Source: Erysipelotrichaceae bacterium (GTDB lineage Bacteria; Bacillota_I; Bacilli_A; Erysipelotrichales; Erysipelotrichaceae). From it: a stretch of 64,000 nucleotides of DNA. How positions within the stretch are numbered: position 1 is the stretch's first letter; each line of letters opens with the position of its first letter. The DNA lies in the NCBI GenBank assembly GCA_030523555.1, contig JAUNIH010000002.1, positions 7,938 through 71,937 on the forward strand. Reading direction: 5' to 3'. A program made the position numbers and the translations under genes. The notes under the pieces were generated by a model. It worked only from the letters and a program-made list of their open reading frames with translations, did not search any database and was not told where the DNA came from. Positions 1-7,937 of the stretch are shown here, piece after piece.

Positions 1-482
1 TTACCTTTATATGGTTCAGGCTTACGGAAGCTTCTGATATGAGCAGCTACTTCTCCGACTCTCTGCTTATCAATACCTGAGACTACGATGGTTGTGTTAT
101 TAGGTACTTCGATTGTAATACCTTCTTCAACCTGGTAGTTGATTTCATGTGAATAACCTAACGCAAGGTTTAATGTTTTTCCCTGCAGAGCAGCACGATA
201 ACCGATACCGACAATTTCCAGCTGCTTCTTGAAACCTTCTGTTGTACCAACAATCATATTGTTGATTAAGGCTCTTGTAGTGCCGTGTAACTGTTTTGTA
301 TGCTTATCTTCATTTGCTCTTACGCATTTTACTTCTGCGCCTTCCACCTTGATTTCAATAAGTGGATTAAACTGACGAGTTAAAGTTCCCTTAGGGCCCT
401 TAACTGTCACCTCATTACTGTCAGATACGCTAACTTCGCATCCGGCAGGAATGGTAATCGTTTTATTACCGATACGTGACAT
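1..482 (-). CDS. rplF: 50S ribosomal protein L6 (3' end runs off the left window edge)
   Basis: Hand translation from ATG 482-480 gives [34 protein letters not shown]...[23 protein letters not shown] lies upstream. Follows rpsH in spc order. Confidence 0.95.
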   Translation of the reverse strand, partial: MSRIGNKTITIPAGCEVSVSDSNEVTVKGPKGTLTRQFNPLIEIKVEGAEVKCVRANEDKHTKQLHGTTRALINNMIVGTTEGFKKQLEIVGIGYRAALQGKTLNLALGYSHEINYQVEEGITIEVPNNTTIVVSGIDKQRVGEVAAHIRSFRKPEPYKG

Positions 483-501
483 TTTCTTTTCTCCTTATCT
501 A

Positions 502-903
502 TTACCAGATATAGGCTACAACTTCACCGCCAAGATTTGCTTTTCTTGCATCGCGGTCAGTCATTAAACCCTGTGATGTTGAAATAAGAGCTGTACCTAA
601 ACCGTTTAATACTCTAGGAACTTCATTAGCCTTAGCGTATACTCTTAAACCAGGTTTAGAGATTCTCTTTAAACCAGTAATAACCTTCTGATTATCTGGT
701 CCATATTTTAAGGTAATAGTAATTACCTTATCCTTTGCCTTTTCACCAGCTACAGTATAGTCAGTAATATAACCTTCCTGTTTCAGGATACGGGCAATTT
801 CAGTTTTAACTTTACTTGCAGGAACATCTACTGTTTCATGTTCGGCGATTAAACCGTTTCTGACTCTAGTAAGCATATCTGCAATTGGATCTGTCATACT
901 CAT
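502..903 (-). CDS. rpsH: 30S ribosomal protein S8
   Basis: [17 protein letters not shown]... is a typical S8 N-terminus. 133 aa. Operon position fits. Confidence 0.97.
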   Translation of the reverse strand: MSMTDPIADMLTRVRNGLIAEHETVDVPASKVKTEIARILKQEGYITDYTVAGEKAKDKVITITLKYGPDNQKVITGLKRISKPGLRVYAKANEVPRVLNGLGTALISTSQGLMTDRDARKANLGGEVVAYIW

Positions 904-920
904 CTTTAATTACCCTCCTA

Positions 921-1106
921 TTACCAGCTGGCCTTCTTAACTCCAGGAATCTGACCCTTATAAGCCAGTTCTCTGAAGCAGATACGGCATAATTTGTATT
1001 TTCTTAATACAGAATGTGGACGTCCACATCTTTCACATCTTGTGTAAGCTCTTGAAGAGAACTTAGCAGGACGTGCTGCTTTAACTTTTAACGATGTCTT
1101 TGCCAT
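921..1106 (-). CDS. rpsN: 30S ribosomal protein S14, zinc-binding type Z (61 aa)
   Basis: [16 protein letters not shown]...CERCGRPH...CRICFRELA has the CxxC...CxxC motif. Start moved from the ORF-track Met to ATG 1106, which sits behind a GGAGAG SD. Confidence 0.93.
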   Translation of the reverse strand: MAKTSLKVKAARPAKFSSRAYTRCERCGRPHSVLRKYKLCRICFRELAYKGQIPGVKKASW

Positions 1107-1119
1107 AGTCTCTCCTTTC

Positions 1120-1659
1120 TTACTTAACAAATGGCATGCCCATCATAGTCAATAATTCCTGGGCTTCTTCATTTGTCTCAGCCGTAGTAACGATAACGAT
1201 ATCCATACCACGAACCTTGCTTACCTTATCGTAATCGATTTCAGGGAAGATAATCTGTTCCTTGATACCTAAAGTATAGTTGCCTCTTCCATCAAATGCT
1301 GTCTTGCTTACACCGTGGAAGTCTCTTACACGTGGTAATGAGACATTAACCAGCTTGTCTAAGAAGTCATACATCTTTTCGCCTCTAAGAGTAACCTTAC
1401 AGCCGATTGGCATACCTTCTCTTAATTTGAAGTTGGCGATTGATTTCTTGGCATGAGTTACGATTGGCTTCTGTCCGGCAATCTTTGTCAGATCAGCAAC
1501 CGCATCCTCTAACTGCTTAGGTTCGGCAACAGCTTCACCTACACCCATATTGATAACGATCTTGGAAATCTTTGGAGCCTGCATTGGAGAAGTATAACTG
1601 TACTTCTTGATTAATGCCGGCTTGATTTCAGTGTTATATTTTTCCTGTAAACGGTTCAT
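1120..1659 (-). CDS. rplE: 50S ribosomal protein L5
   Basis: [20 protein letters not shown]...; 179 aa; operon order. Confidence 0.97.
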   Translation of the reverse strand: MNRLQEKYNTEIKPALIKKYSYTSPMQAPKISKIVINMGVGEAVAEPKQLEDAVADLTKIAGQKPIVTHAKKSIANFKLREGMPIGCKVTLRGEKMYDFLDKLVNVSLPRVRDFHGVSKTAFDGRGNYTLGIKEQIIFPEIDYDKVSKVRGMDIVIVTTAETNEEAQELLTMMGMPFVK

Positions 1660-1928
1660 TATTTCTTAGCCCCCTTTACACTCTTTTTAGCGCCTTTTTT
1701 GGCTTTCTTTTCTTCGCTTAATACAACGTTTGATACGCTGATAGGCATTTCCTGATTGATAATGCCGCCATCAGGGTTGGCGTTTGAAGGTTTGCAGTGT
1801 TTCTTGCAAACATTAACACCTTCAACGATAACTCTGTTGGATCTAGGAAGTGCGGCTACTACTTCACCGACAACACCCTTGTCATCACCAGCGATAACTT
1901 TTACTTTGTCACCCTTTTTGATTTTCAT
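1659..1928 (-). CDS. rplX: 50S ribosomal protein L24
   Basis: [18 protein letters not shown] is a KOW motif, followed by a lysine-rich tail. Operon order fits. Confidence 0.95.
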   Translation of the reverse strand: MKIKKGDKVKVIAGDDKGVVGEVVAALPRSNRVIVEGVNVCKKHCKPSNANPDGGIINQEMPISVSNVVLSEEKKAKKGAKKSVKGAKK

Positions 1929-1941
1929 AGTGCCTACCTCC

Positions 1942-2310
1942 TTATAATACTTCCGGTGCTAAAGACACAATCTTCATGTAGTCTTTATCACGAAGTTCTC
2001 TGGCAACAGGACCAAAGATACGTGTTCCTACTGGAGTCTTATCATCCTTGATAATAACTGCAGCGTTGTCATCAAACTTGATGTATGAACCGTTTTCTCT
2101 CTTGATGCCATACTTTGTTCTTACAATAACGGCCTTAACAACCTGATGTAACTTTACAGATCCACCAGGAATAGCGTCCTTTACTGCACATACTACAACA
2201 TCACCGATGTTGGCAGTCTTTCTTCTTGAACCGCCTAAGCAGCGGATAACCAGTAATTCTCTGGCACCAGTGTTATCAGCGACTTTTAATCTAGTTTCAT
2301 TCTGAATCAT
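1942..2310 (-). CDS. rplN: 50S ribosomal protein L14
   Basis: [28 protein letters not shown]...; 122 aa. Confidence 0.98.
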   Translation of the reverse strand: MIQNETRLKVADNTGARELLVIRCLGGSRRKTANIGDVVVCAVKDAIPGGSVKLHQVVKAVIVRTKYGIKRENGSYIKFDDNAAVIIKDDKTPVGTRIFGPVARELRDKDYMKIVSLAPEVL

Positions 2311-2321
2311 ACTTTTGCCTC

Positions 2322-2582
2322 CTATAGAATTATGGCCTTTTCAATAACCTTGACTAAACGGAAGTGAACTTCCTTGCTTAAAGCTCTAGTTTCCATGATT
2401 TCCACAGTATCACCTACATGTGCTTCATTGTTTTCATCATGAGCCTTGAACTTTCTTGTAAACTTTGAACCTTTACCGTATAAAGGATGTTTTTTCTTTT
2501 CATTGACAGCTACAACAATAGTCTTGTCCATCTTGTCAGATGTAACAACACCAGTGATTGTTCTACGTGTACTTCTTTCCAT
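2322..2582 (-). CDS. rpsQ: 30S ribosomal protein S17
   Basis: [21 protein letters not shown]...[23 protein letters not shown]. Confidence 0.97.
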   Translation of the reverse strand: MERSTRRTITGVVTSDKMDKTIVVAVNEKKKHPLYGKGSKFTRKFKAHDENNEAHVGDTVEIMETRALSKEVHFRLVKVIEKAIIL

Positions 2583-2593
2583 ATTAACCTCCT

Positions 2594-2785
2594 TTATCCG
2601 TTTTCTCTTTCATTCAGGACTGTAAGAATTCTTGCGATAGATTTCTTCAGTTCTCTGATTCTCATTGGGTTATCAATGCTTCCAGTAGCTCTCTGGAATC
2701 TAAGGTCGAATAGTTCGGCTTTAAATTCGTCTACTGTTTTCTTAAGTTCATCAGTTGATTTATCTCTAATTTCCTTAATATTCAT
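2594..2785 (-). CDS. rpmC: 50S ribosomal protein L29
   Basis: [29 protein letters not shown]. Confidence 0.96.
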   Translation of the reverse strand: MNIKEIRDKSTDELKKTVDEFKAELFDLRFQRATGSIDNPMRIRELKKSIARILTVLNERENG

Positions 2786-2787
2786 AA

Positions 2788-3198
2788 CTATTCACCTTTC
2801 TTAACAAACTTCGCTTTAACAGGCAGTTTGTTCTGGGCAAGTCTTAATGCTTCTCTGGCGATTTCTTCTGAAACACCACCGATTTCAAACATTACACGAC
2901 CTTCCTGAACGACTGCTACCCAGCCTTCTGGAGCACCCTTACCGGAGCCCATACGTACTTCAAGTGGTTTCTTTGTTCTTGCCATGTGAGGGAAGATTTT
3001 GATCCAAACCTGACCATCACGGTTCATATAACGTGTCATGGCAACACGGGCTGCTTCTATCTGGTTAGATGAAACATAACCACCTTCTAATGCTACAAGA
3101 CCGAATTCACCGAATACTACTTCTCTTCCGGCCTTTGACTTACCTTCGTAACTCAGACGATGAGGACGACGATATTTTGTTCTTTTTGGCATTAACAT
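2788..3198 (-). CDS. rplP: 50S ribosomal protein L16
   Basis: [14 protein letters not shown]...; 136 aa. Confidence 0.97.
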   Translation of the reverse strand: MLMPKRTKYRRPHRLSYEGKSKAGREVVFGEFGLVALEGGYVSSNQIEAARVAMTRYMNRDGQVWIKIFPHMARTKKPLEVRMGSGKGAPEGWVAVVQEGRVMFEIGGVSEEIAREALRLAQNKLPVKAKFVKKGE

Positions 3199-3200
3199 AA

Positions 3201-4001
3201 TTATTCAGCATCCTCCTTCTTAACTTCTTCTACAACCTTGTCTTCAGCAGTAGCTGTAGCTTCAACAGTTGCAGTCTTTGGAGCCTTGTTGAAGTCTCTT
3301 CTGTTGTTTCTTCTGTTGTCACGGTTAGGACGAGCAGCCTGTTTTGGCTTTTCTGGTTCCTTAACCATTTCACCAGGTAAAACTTCACCACGGCAGATCC
3401 AGACTTTAACACCGAGCTTTCCGTAAGCTGTCATAGCTTCTTCCCAGGCATAGTCAACATCAGCTCTTAATGTATGAAGTGGAACTACACCTTCAGAATA
3501 ACCTTCGCTACGTGCGATATCAGCACCACCCAGACGTCCGCCGATGCAGGTCTTGATACCCTTGGCACCAGATCTCATGGTCTGCTGGATAGCTCTTTTC
3601 TGTGCTGTACGGAAAGACTGTCTTTCTTCCAGCATCTTAACGATCTTTAAGGCAACAAGTCTCGCATCCAGATCAGGGTTAGCAACTTCAACGATGTTGA
3701 TGTTGATTTCCTTGTCTTTAGCTAACTTAGTTACTTTAGCTTTAAGATCATTGATTCTTGAACCATCATTACCTACAAACATACCTGGACGGGCAGTTCT
3801 GATGATGATGTTTACACGATTCTTGCTTCTTTCGATTTCTACCTTAGAAACCAGACAATCCTTGCATTCACTTAAGATAAGATCACGGACAGCAATATCT
3901 TCAAGTAACAAATCGCCGTATTCTTTTTCAGCGTACCATCTTGATTCCCAATCACGAATGACGCCAACTCTTAATCCAACCGGACTTACTTTCTGACCCA
4001 T
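3201..4001 (-). CDS. rpsC: 30S ribosomal protein S3, with a roughly 50-aa charged C-terminal extension
   Basis: [24 protein letters not shown]... Start set to ATG 4001 behind an AGGAGGAGG SD, which removes the overlap with rplV. The tail reads ...[25 protein letters not shown]... Confidence 0.95.
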   Translation of the reverse strand: MGQKVSPVGLRVGVIRDWESRWYAEKEYGDLLLEDIAVRDLILSECKDCLVSKVEIERSKNRVNIIIRTARPGMFVGNDGSRINDLKAKVTKLAKDKEININIVEVANPDLDARLVALKIVKMLEERQSFRTAQKRAIQQTMRSGAKGIKTCIGGRLGGADIARSEGYSEGVVPLHTLRADVDYAWEEAMTAYGKLGVKVWICRGEVLPGEMVKEPEKPKQAARPNRDNRRNNRRDFNKAPKTATVEATATAEDKVVEEVKKEDAE

Positions 4002-4014
4002 TGTTTCCTCCTCC

Positions 4015-4389
4015 TTATCTTTCTGCAACAACCACAGTAATGTGGCTTGTTCTCTTCATAATTGATGAAGCAGATCCCTTAGCTCTAGGCATGTATCTCT
4101 TCATTGTGATGCCTTCGTTTGCGTAACATTCCTTAACGTACAGCTTAGATTCATCTAACTGATTGTTATGAACCGCATTGGCAGCAGCACTCTTGATTAC
4201 CTTATAGGTAACTCTGGCAGCCTTGTTAGGTAAGAACTGGCAGATTGCCATAGCTTCCTTAACATCTTTGCCTCTTACTAAATCAAGAACGAGCTTAGCT
4301 TTTCTTGATGTAACTCTTACTGTCTTGGCAGTAGCCTTAACGTCGGTAGGCTTAACTTCAACTGCTTCGTTTTCAACTTTCTTAGCCAT
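4015..4389 (-). CDS. rplV: 50S ribosomal protein L22 (N-terminally extended)
   Basis: ...[32 protein letters not shown]...; operon order. Confidence 0.96.
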   Translation of the reverse strand: MAKKVENEAVEVKPTDVKATAKTVRVTSRKAKLVLDLVRGKDVKEAMAICQFLPNKAARVTYKVIKSAAANAVHNNQLDESKLYVKECYANEGITMKRYMPRAKGSASSIMKRTSHITVVVAER

Positions 4390-4399
4390 GTCTTACCTC

Positions 4400-4669
4400 C
4401 TACGCTTTCTTGTCTTCACCATGGCCGCCAAACTTTCTAGTTGGAACGAATTCTCCAAGCTTATGGCCAACCATATCTTCAGTTACATATACAGGAACAT
4501 GTTCCTTACCGTTATATACGGCAAATGTATGTTCAACGAATGCTGGGAAGATTGTAGATCTTCGAGACCAGGTTTTGATAACTTCTTTTTTGCCACTCGC
4601 ATTTAAGGCTTCCACTTTCTTCATTAAGTGTTCGTCTACGAATGGACCCTTCTTTAAACTTCTACTCAT
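4400..4669 (-). CDS. rpsS: 30S ribosomal protein S19
   Basis: [19 protein letters not shown]... Confidence 0.98.
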   Translation of the reverse strand: MSRSLKKGPFVDEHLMKKVEALNASGKKEVIKTWSRRSTIFPAFVEHTFAVYNGKEHVPVYVTEDMVGHKLGEFVPTRKFGGHGEDKKA

Positions 4670-4683
4670 GTTCTCCCCTTTCT

Positions 4684-5517
4684 TTATTTGTCATTTCTTC
4701 TTCTAACGATTAGCTTGTTAGAAGCTTTCTTGTGTGCTCTAGTCTTAACACCCATGGCTTTCTTGCCCCAAGGTGTCATAGGTGACTTACGACCTACGGA
4801 AGTTCTACCTTCACCACCACCATGTGGGTGATCGATAGGGTTCATTGCGGAACCTCTTACGTAAGGTCTGATACCTTTGTTACGGTTTCTACCAGCCTTG
4901 CCCCAGTTAACCAGAGAGTAGTCTTCATTACCAACCACACCGATTGTTGCACGGCAGTTGGCTAAGATCTTTCTCATTTCACCAGACGCAAGTCTTACCG
5001 TTACATATTTTTCTTCAATACCAAGAATCTGTCCGGATACACCAGCGGCTCTTGCCAGCTGTCCACCCTTACCAGGCTTCAGCTCAATGTTATGGATAAC
5101 AGTACCTTCAGGCATGTATCTCATTTCACAGCTGTTACCATTCTTGATATCAGTCTTGACACCAGATTCAACAGTAGCACCTACTTCTAAATCTTTTGGA
5201 GCCAGGATATATCTCTTTTCACCATCCGCATAAGTTAATAATGCGATATTGGCATTTCTGTTTGGATCGTATTCGATAGCAGTTACCTTAGCTGGAACAC
5301 CATCCTTGTTTCTCTTGAAATCGATGATACGGTATAACTGCTTATGTCCGCCACCGATATGTCTTGATGTAATTCTTCCTGTGTTGTTACGACCACCGCT
5401 CTTATAGTTTCTTACTGTCAGACTCTTTTCAGGAGTAGTCTTAGTAATTTCGGTGTTCGCTAACGTGGTCATACCACGTCTACCAGGAGTTGTTGGCTTG
5501 TACTTTTTAATAGCCAT
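4684..5517 (-). CDS. rplB: 50S ribosomal protein L2
   Basis: [17 protein letters not shown]...HPHGGGEGR. Confidence 0.98.
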   Translation of the reverse strand: MAIKKYKPTTPGRRGMTTLANTEITKTTPEKSLTVRNYKSGGRNNTGRITSRHIGGGHKQLYRIIDFKRNKDGVPAKVTAIEYDPNRNANIALLTYADGEKRYILAPKDLEVGATVESGVKTDIKNGNSCEMRYMPEGTVIHNIELKPGKGGQLARAAGVSGQILGIEEKYVTVRLASGEMRKILANCRATIGVVGNEDYSLVNWGKAGRNRNKGIRPYVRGSAMNPIDHPHGGGEGRTSVGRKSPMTPWGKKAMGVKTRAHKKASNKLIVRRRNDK

Positions 5518-5604
5518 TTTCTTTTTCCTCCCTAATGCAAATTATCCGGAAATAGCATTTTTCTTCCGATAGTATTTACCAATAAATGATATCTATAATA
5601 AATA

Positions 5605-5895
5605 TTATTTATCAGCTAAGACATCAATCTTAGAACCTTCTTTAAGAGTTACATAGGCTTTCTTGACGAAGTTTGTCTTACCTTCGTATCTGCCCATTCT
5701 CTTTGTCTTTGGTTTCTGATTGACTACGTTTACAGAATCAACCTTTACTTTGAAGATTTCTTCAACAGCCTGTTTGATCTGAATCTTGTTGGTGCCTTTG
5801 GCAACTTCGAATACTACTGTATTGTTGCTGTCATTGACGATCATTGTTTTTTCCGTTACAAGAGGACGGATAATAATGTCTCTAGCGTTACTCAT
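5605..5895 (-). CDS. rplW: 50S ribosomal protein L23
   Basis: ARDIIIRPLVTEKTM...; 96 aa. Confidence 0.96.
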   Translation of the reverse strand: MSNARDIIIRPLVTEKTMIVNDSNNTVVFEVAKGTNKIQIKQAVEEIFKVKVDSVNVVNQKPKTKRMGRYEGKTNFVKKAYVTLKEGSKIDVLADK

Positions 5896-6520
5896 TACCT
5901 AATACCTCCCCTAATTTTTCAGCAGCTACCTTTGTCATAACGAGCTTGTTGGCATTCTGTAAGTCCAGAATATTTAAACCTTCAACAGTAGTCATCTGAA
6001 TATTGCCGAGGTTTCTTAAGCTCAGGTATGCGTTATCGAAATCTTCATCGATATCCACTACAAAGTAAGCTTTTCTTTCAATTCCAAGATTTTCCAGTAC
6101 CTTAACGAAATCCTTAGTCTTGATCTTGTCCATTTCAATAGAATCGATACAGATGAGATTGTTTTCGTTAGCCTTTAAGGTTAATCCAGAACGAAGCGCA
6201 AGTCTTCTAACCTTTCTGTTTAACTTGAAGGTATGACTTCTTGGTGTAGGACCAAATGGAACGCCACCGTGTCTGTACTGAGTAGCTCTTGTAGAACCCT
6301 GTCTAGCTCTACCGGTACCCTTCTGTCTGAATGGCTTCTTACCACCACCAGATACTTCAGAACGGCCCTTGGTATCATGTGTTCCCTGTCTTAAGGAACT
6401 CTGCTGTCTTAATACCGCATCAAAGATTGCCTGAGTGTTCACTTCGCAATTGAACACGCTGTCATTAACTTCGATATCGCTGACTTTCTTACCAGTTAAA
6501 TCAAGTACATCTAACTTCAT
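5888..6520 (-). CDS. rplD: 50S ribosomal protein L4
   Basis: ...GGGKKPFRQKGTGRARQGSTRATQYRHGG... Confidence 0.97.
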   Translation of the reverse strand: MKLDVLDLTGKKVSDIEVNDSVFNCEVNTQAIFDAVLRQQSSLRQGTHDTKGRSEVSGGGKKPFRQKGTGRARQGSTRATQYRHGGVPFGPTPRSHTFKLNRKVRRLALRSGLTLKANENNLICIDSIEMDKIKTKDFVKVLENLGIERKAYFVVDIDEDFDNAYLSLRNLGNIQMTTVEGLNILDLQNANKLVMTKVAAEKLGEVLGNE

Positions 6521-6522
6521 AA

Positions 6523-7203
6523 TTATTCAGCCTCCTTTGCGTTTGATAGAAGAACCTTAGGTTCAACATGTTTAACATTCTTGACAGTAGTCTTAACTAC
6601 TACTAAGCCCTTCTTGGCACCAGGTACGTTACCCTTAACCAGCATATAGTTCTTTTCAGCATCAACTTTGATAACTTCAAGATTCTGACTTGTACGGGTA
6701 TAATCACCGTCATGTCCTGGCATTGGTGTGTTCTTTTCGATACGACCGTTGTTTCTACCTGTAGTAGCTAAAGAACCAACGTGTCTGTGGATAGGACCGG
6801 CACCGTGCGTTTCCATGATCATATGATGATGATAACGCTTGATAGGTCCTGTATAACCTTTACCCTTTGATGTACCGGTAACGTCTACCATATCACCAGC
6901 GGAAAAGATATCAACTTTAATTTCCTGTCCTACTTCATAGTTCATTTCATCAGATTTAACTTCCTTAACGAACTGTTTAGGACTTGCGCCAGCCTTCTTG
7001 GCATGGCCGATTTCTGACTTGGTTGCACGAGATTCTTTCTTGTCTTCAATACCTAACTGTAATGCTTCATAACCATCAGTTTCAGTTGTCTTCTTCTGTA
7101 AAACAACATTTGGTGTTACTTCGATAACAGTTACAGGAATTAAGGTACCGTCTTCAGTAAAGACCTGAGTCATACCAAGCTTTCTTCCAAGTATTCCTTT
7201 CAT
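6523..7203 (-). CDS. rplC: 50S ribosomal protein L3
   Basis: [19 protein letters not shown]... Start set to ATG 7203 behind an AAAGGTGA SD. The ORF track starts 3 codons earlier. Confidence 0.96.
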   Translation of the reverse strand: MKGILGRKLGMTQVFTEDGTLIPVTVIEVTPNVVLQKKTTETDGYEALQLGIEDKKESRATKSEIGHAKKAGASPKQFVKEVKSDEMNYEVGQEIKVDIFSAGDMVDVTGTSKGKGYTGPIKRYHHHMIMETHGAGPIHRHVGSLATTGRNNGRIEKNTPMPGHDGDYTRTSQNLEVIKVDAEKNYMLVKGNVPGAKKGLVVVKTTVKNVKHVEPKVLLSNAKEAE

Positions 7204-7218
7204 GATGTTCACCTTTCT

Positions 7219-7530
7219 TTATAATTTGATTTCAATATCGACACCGCTTGGTACTTCAAGTCTAGCTAAAGCATCAATTGTCTTAGCACTTGGACCAATG
7301 ATTTCGATTAAACGCTTATGCGTTCTGATTTCGAACTGTTCTCTTGAATCCTTATTGACATGAGGAGATCTTAAGACAGTTACAATCTGTTTTTCTGTCG
7401 GAAGTGGAATAGGTCCAACAACCTTCTTTACACCACCATCTTCAGCAGCCTTAACGATCTTCTCAGTAGCTACATCCAATGATCTGTGTTCGTAAGCTTT
7501 TAACTTGATTCTTACGTTATTTTTTGCCAT
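7219..7530 (-). CDS. rpsJ: 30S ribosomal protein S10
   Basis: [19 protein letters not shown]...[21 protein letters not shown] upstream. Confidence 0.98.
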   Translation of the reverse strand: MAKNNVRIKLKAYEHRSLDVATEKIVKAAEDGGVKKVVGPIPLPTEKQIVTVLRSPHVNKDSREQFEIRTHKRLIEIIGPSAKTIDALARLEVPSGVDIEIKL

Positions 7531-7569
7531 AGAATTTTCCTCCTATACTCTATTAACCCTTTATTTATC

Positions 7570-7633
7570 GGGTAGCTCGCTCCATGCGAGTTCCCTGGTT
7601 ATCACACGGCTATCCGTGTGCCAGCAATCTCCC
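7570..7633 (-). promoter_or_regulatory. Structured 5' leader of the S10 operon (candidate three-way-junction RNA)
   Basis: Minus-strand RNA reads GGGAG-AUUG-[CUGG[CACACGG-AUAG-CCGUGUG]AUAA-CCAG]-GGAA-[CUCGC-AUGGA-GCGAG]-CUaCCC. It has nested complementary stems and lies between the predicted -10 (7656-7661) and the rpsJ SD. Confidence 0.5.
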
Positions 7634-7655
7634 ACTTCTCTGCAAGCGCTCAATC

Positions 7656-7684
7656 ATTATATGATTTCTTTCTGAGTTTTTCAA
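7656..7684 (-). promoter_or_regulatory. Sigma-A-type promoter of the S10-spc operon
   Basis: Minus strand has TTGAAA (7684-7679), a 17-nt spacer, then TATAAT (7661-7656). Confidence 0.65.
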
Positions 7685-7883
7685 CAACAATTTATCAAAA
7701 AATCCCTATTTTATTGATTATTTTACATATACATAATTACACGTCTTATTGTGTGCCATCATTTTCGCTCAAAAAACACCAGAATCTCCCCTGTTTCCAC
7801 CATAACAGCATCAAAATCCTGTATTTCCCAATTTTATTTCCCAGAAAATACATCTTTATATTGATAAATATTTATATGCGTAT

Positions 7884-7916
7884 ATAAAAAGAGCTACAAC
7901 TTTAAGTCGTAGCTCT
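7884..7916 (-). terminator. Rho-independent terminator downstream of the LCP gene
   Basis: Minus strand has AGAGCUAC (7916-7909), an 11-nt loop, GUAGCUCU (7897-7890), then a U-run (plus-strand A-run 7886-7890). Confidence 0.75.
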
Positions 7917-7937
7917 CATATTTGATTATTATGCACC

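Noticed and set aside
1756-2804. Plus-strand ORFs of 63-105 aa (1756-1947, 1797-2051, 2487-2804) inside the ribosomal operon
   Set aside because: They are antisense shadows of highly conserved r-protein genes. They give low-complexity, hydrophobic translations with no SD and no recognisable family.
3544-3996. 150-aa plus-strand ORF, plus the 3230-3412 and 3238-3426 ORFs overlapping rpsC
   Set aside because: They are antisense or alternate frames of S3. The S3 frame is unambiguous, and these are typical long shadow ORFs in a biased-composition gene.
7570-7633. Possibility that the GC-rich structured element is a tRNA or a known riboswitch
   Set aside because: There is no cloverleaf, no T-loop GTTCRANYC box and no acceptor stem. 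It does not resemble any riboswitch consensus I can recall. It is kept only as a candidate r-protein leader.
7746-7853. 35-aa minus-strand small ORF (MYFLGNKIGKYRILMLLWWKQGRFWCFLSENDGTQ) and a GGGAAATA-N5-GGGAAATA direct repeat in the roughly 200-bp spacer upstream of the S10 promoter
   Set aside because: There is no SD, no promoter between it and the upstream terminator, and no recognisable peptide family. The 8-mer repeat is too short to distinguish from chance in AT-rich DNA. The spacer remains unexplained but unsupported.
7618-7887. 89-aa plus-strand ORF in the LCP/S10 intergenic region
   Set aside because: It overlaps the S10 promoter and leader on the opposite strand. It has no SD, and its translation is low-complexity and Ile/Phe/His-rich.
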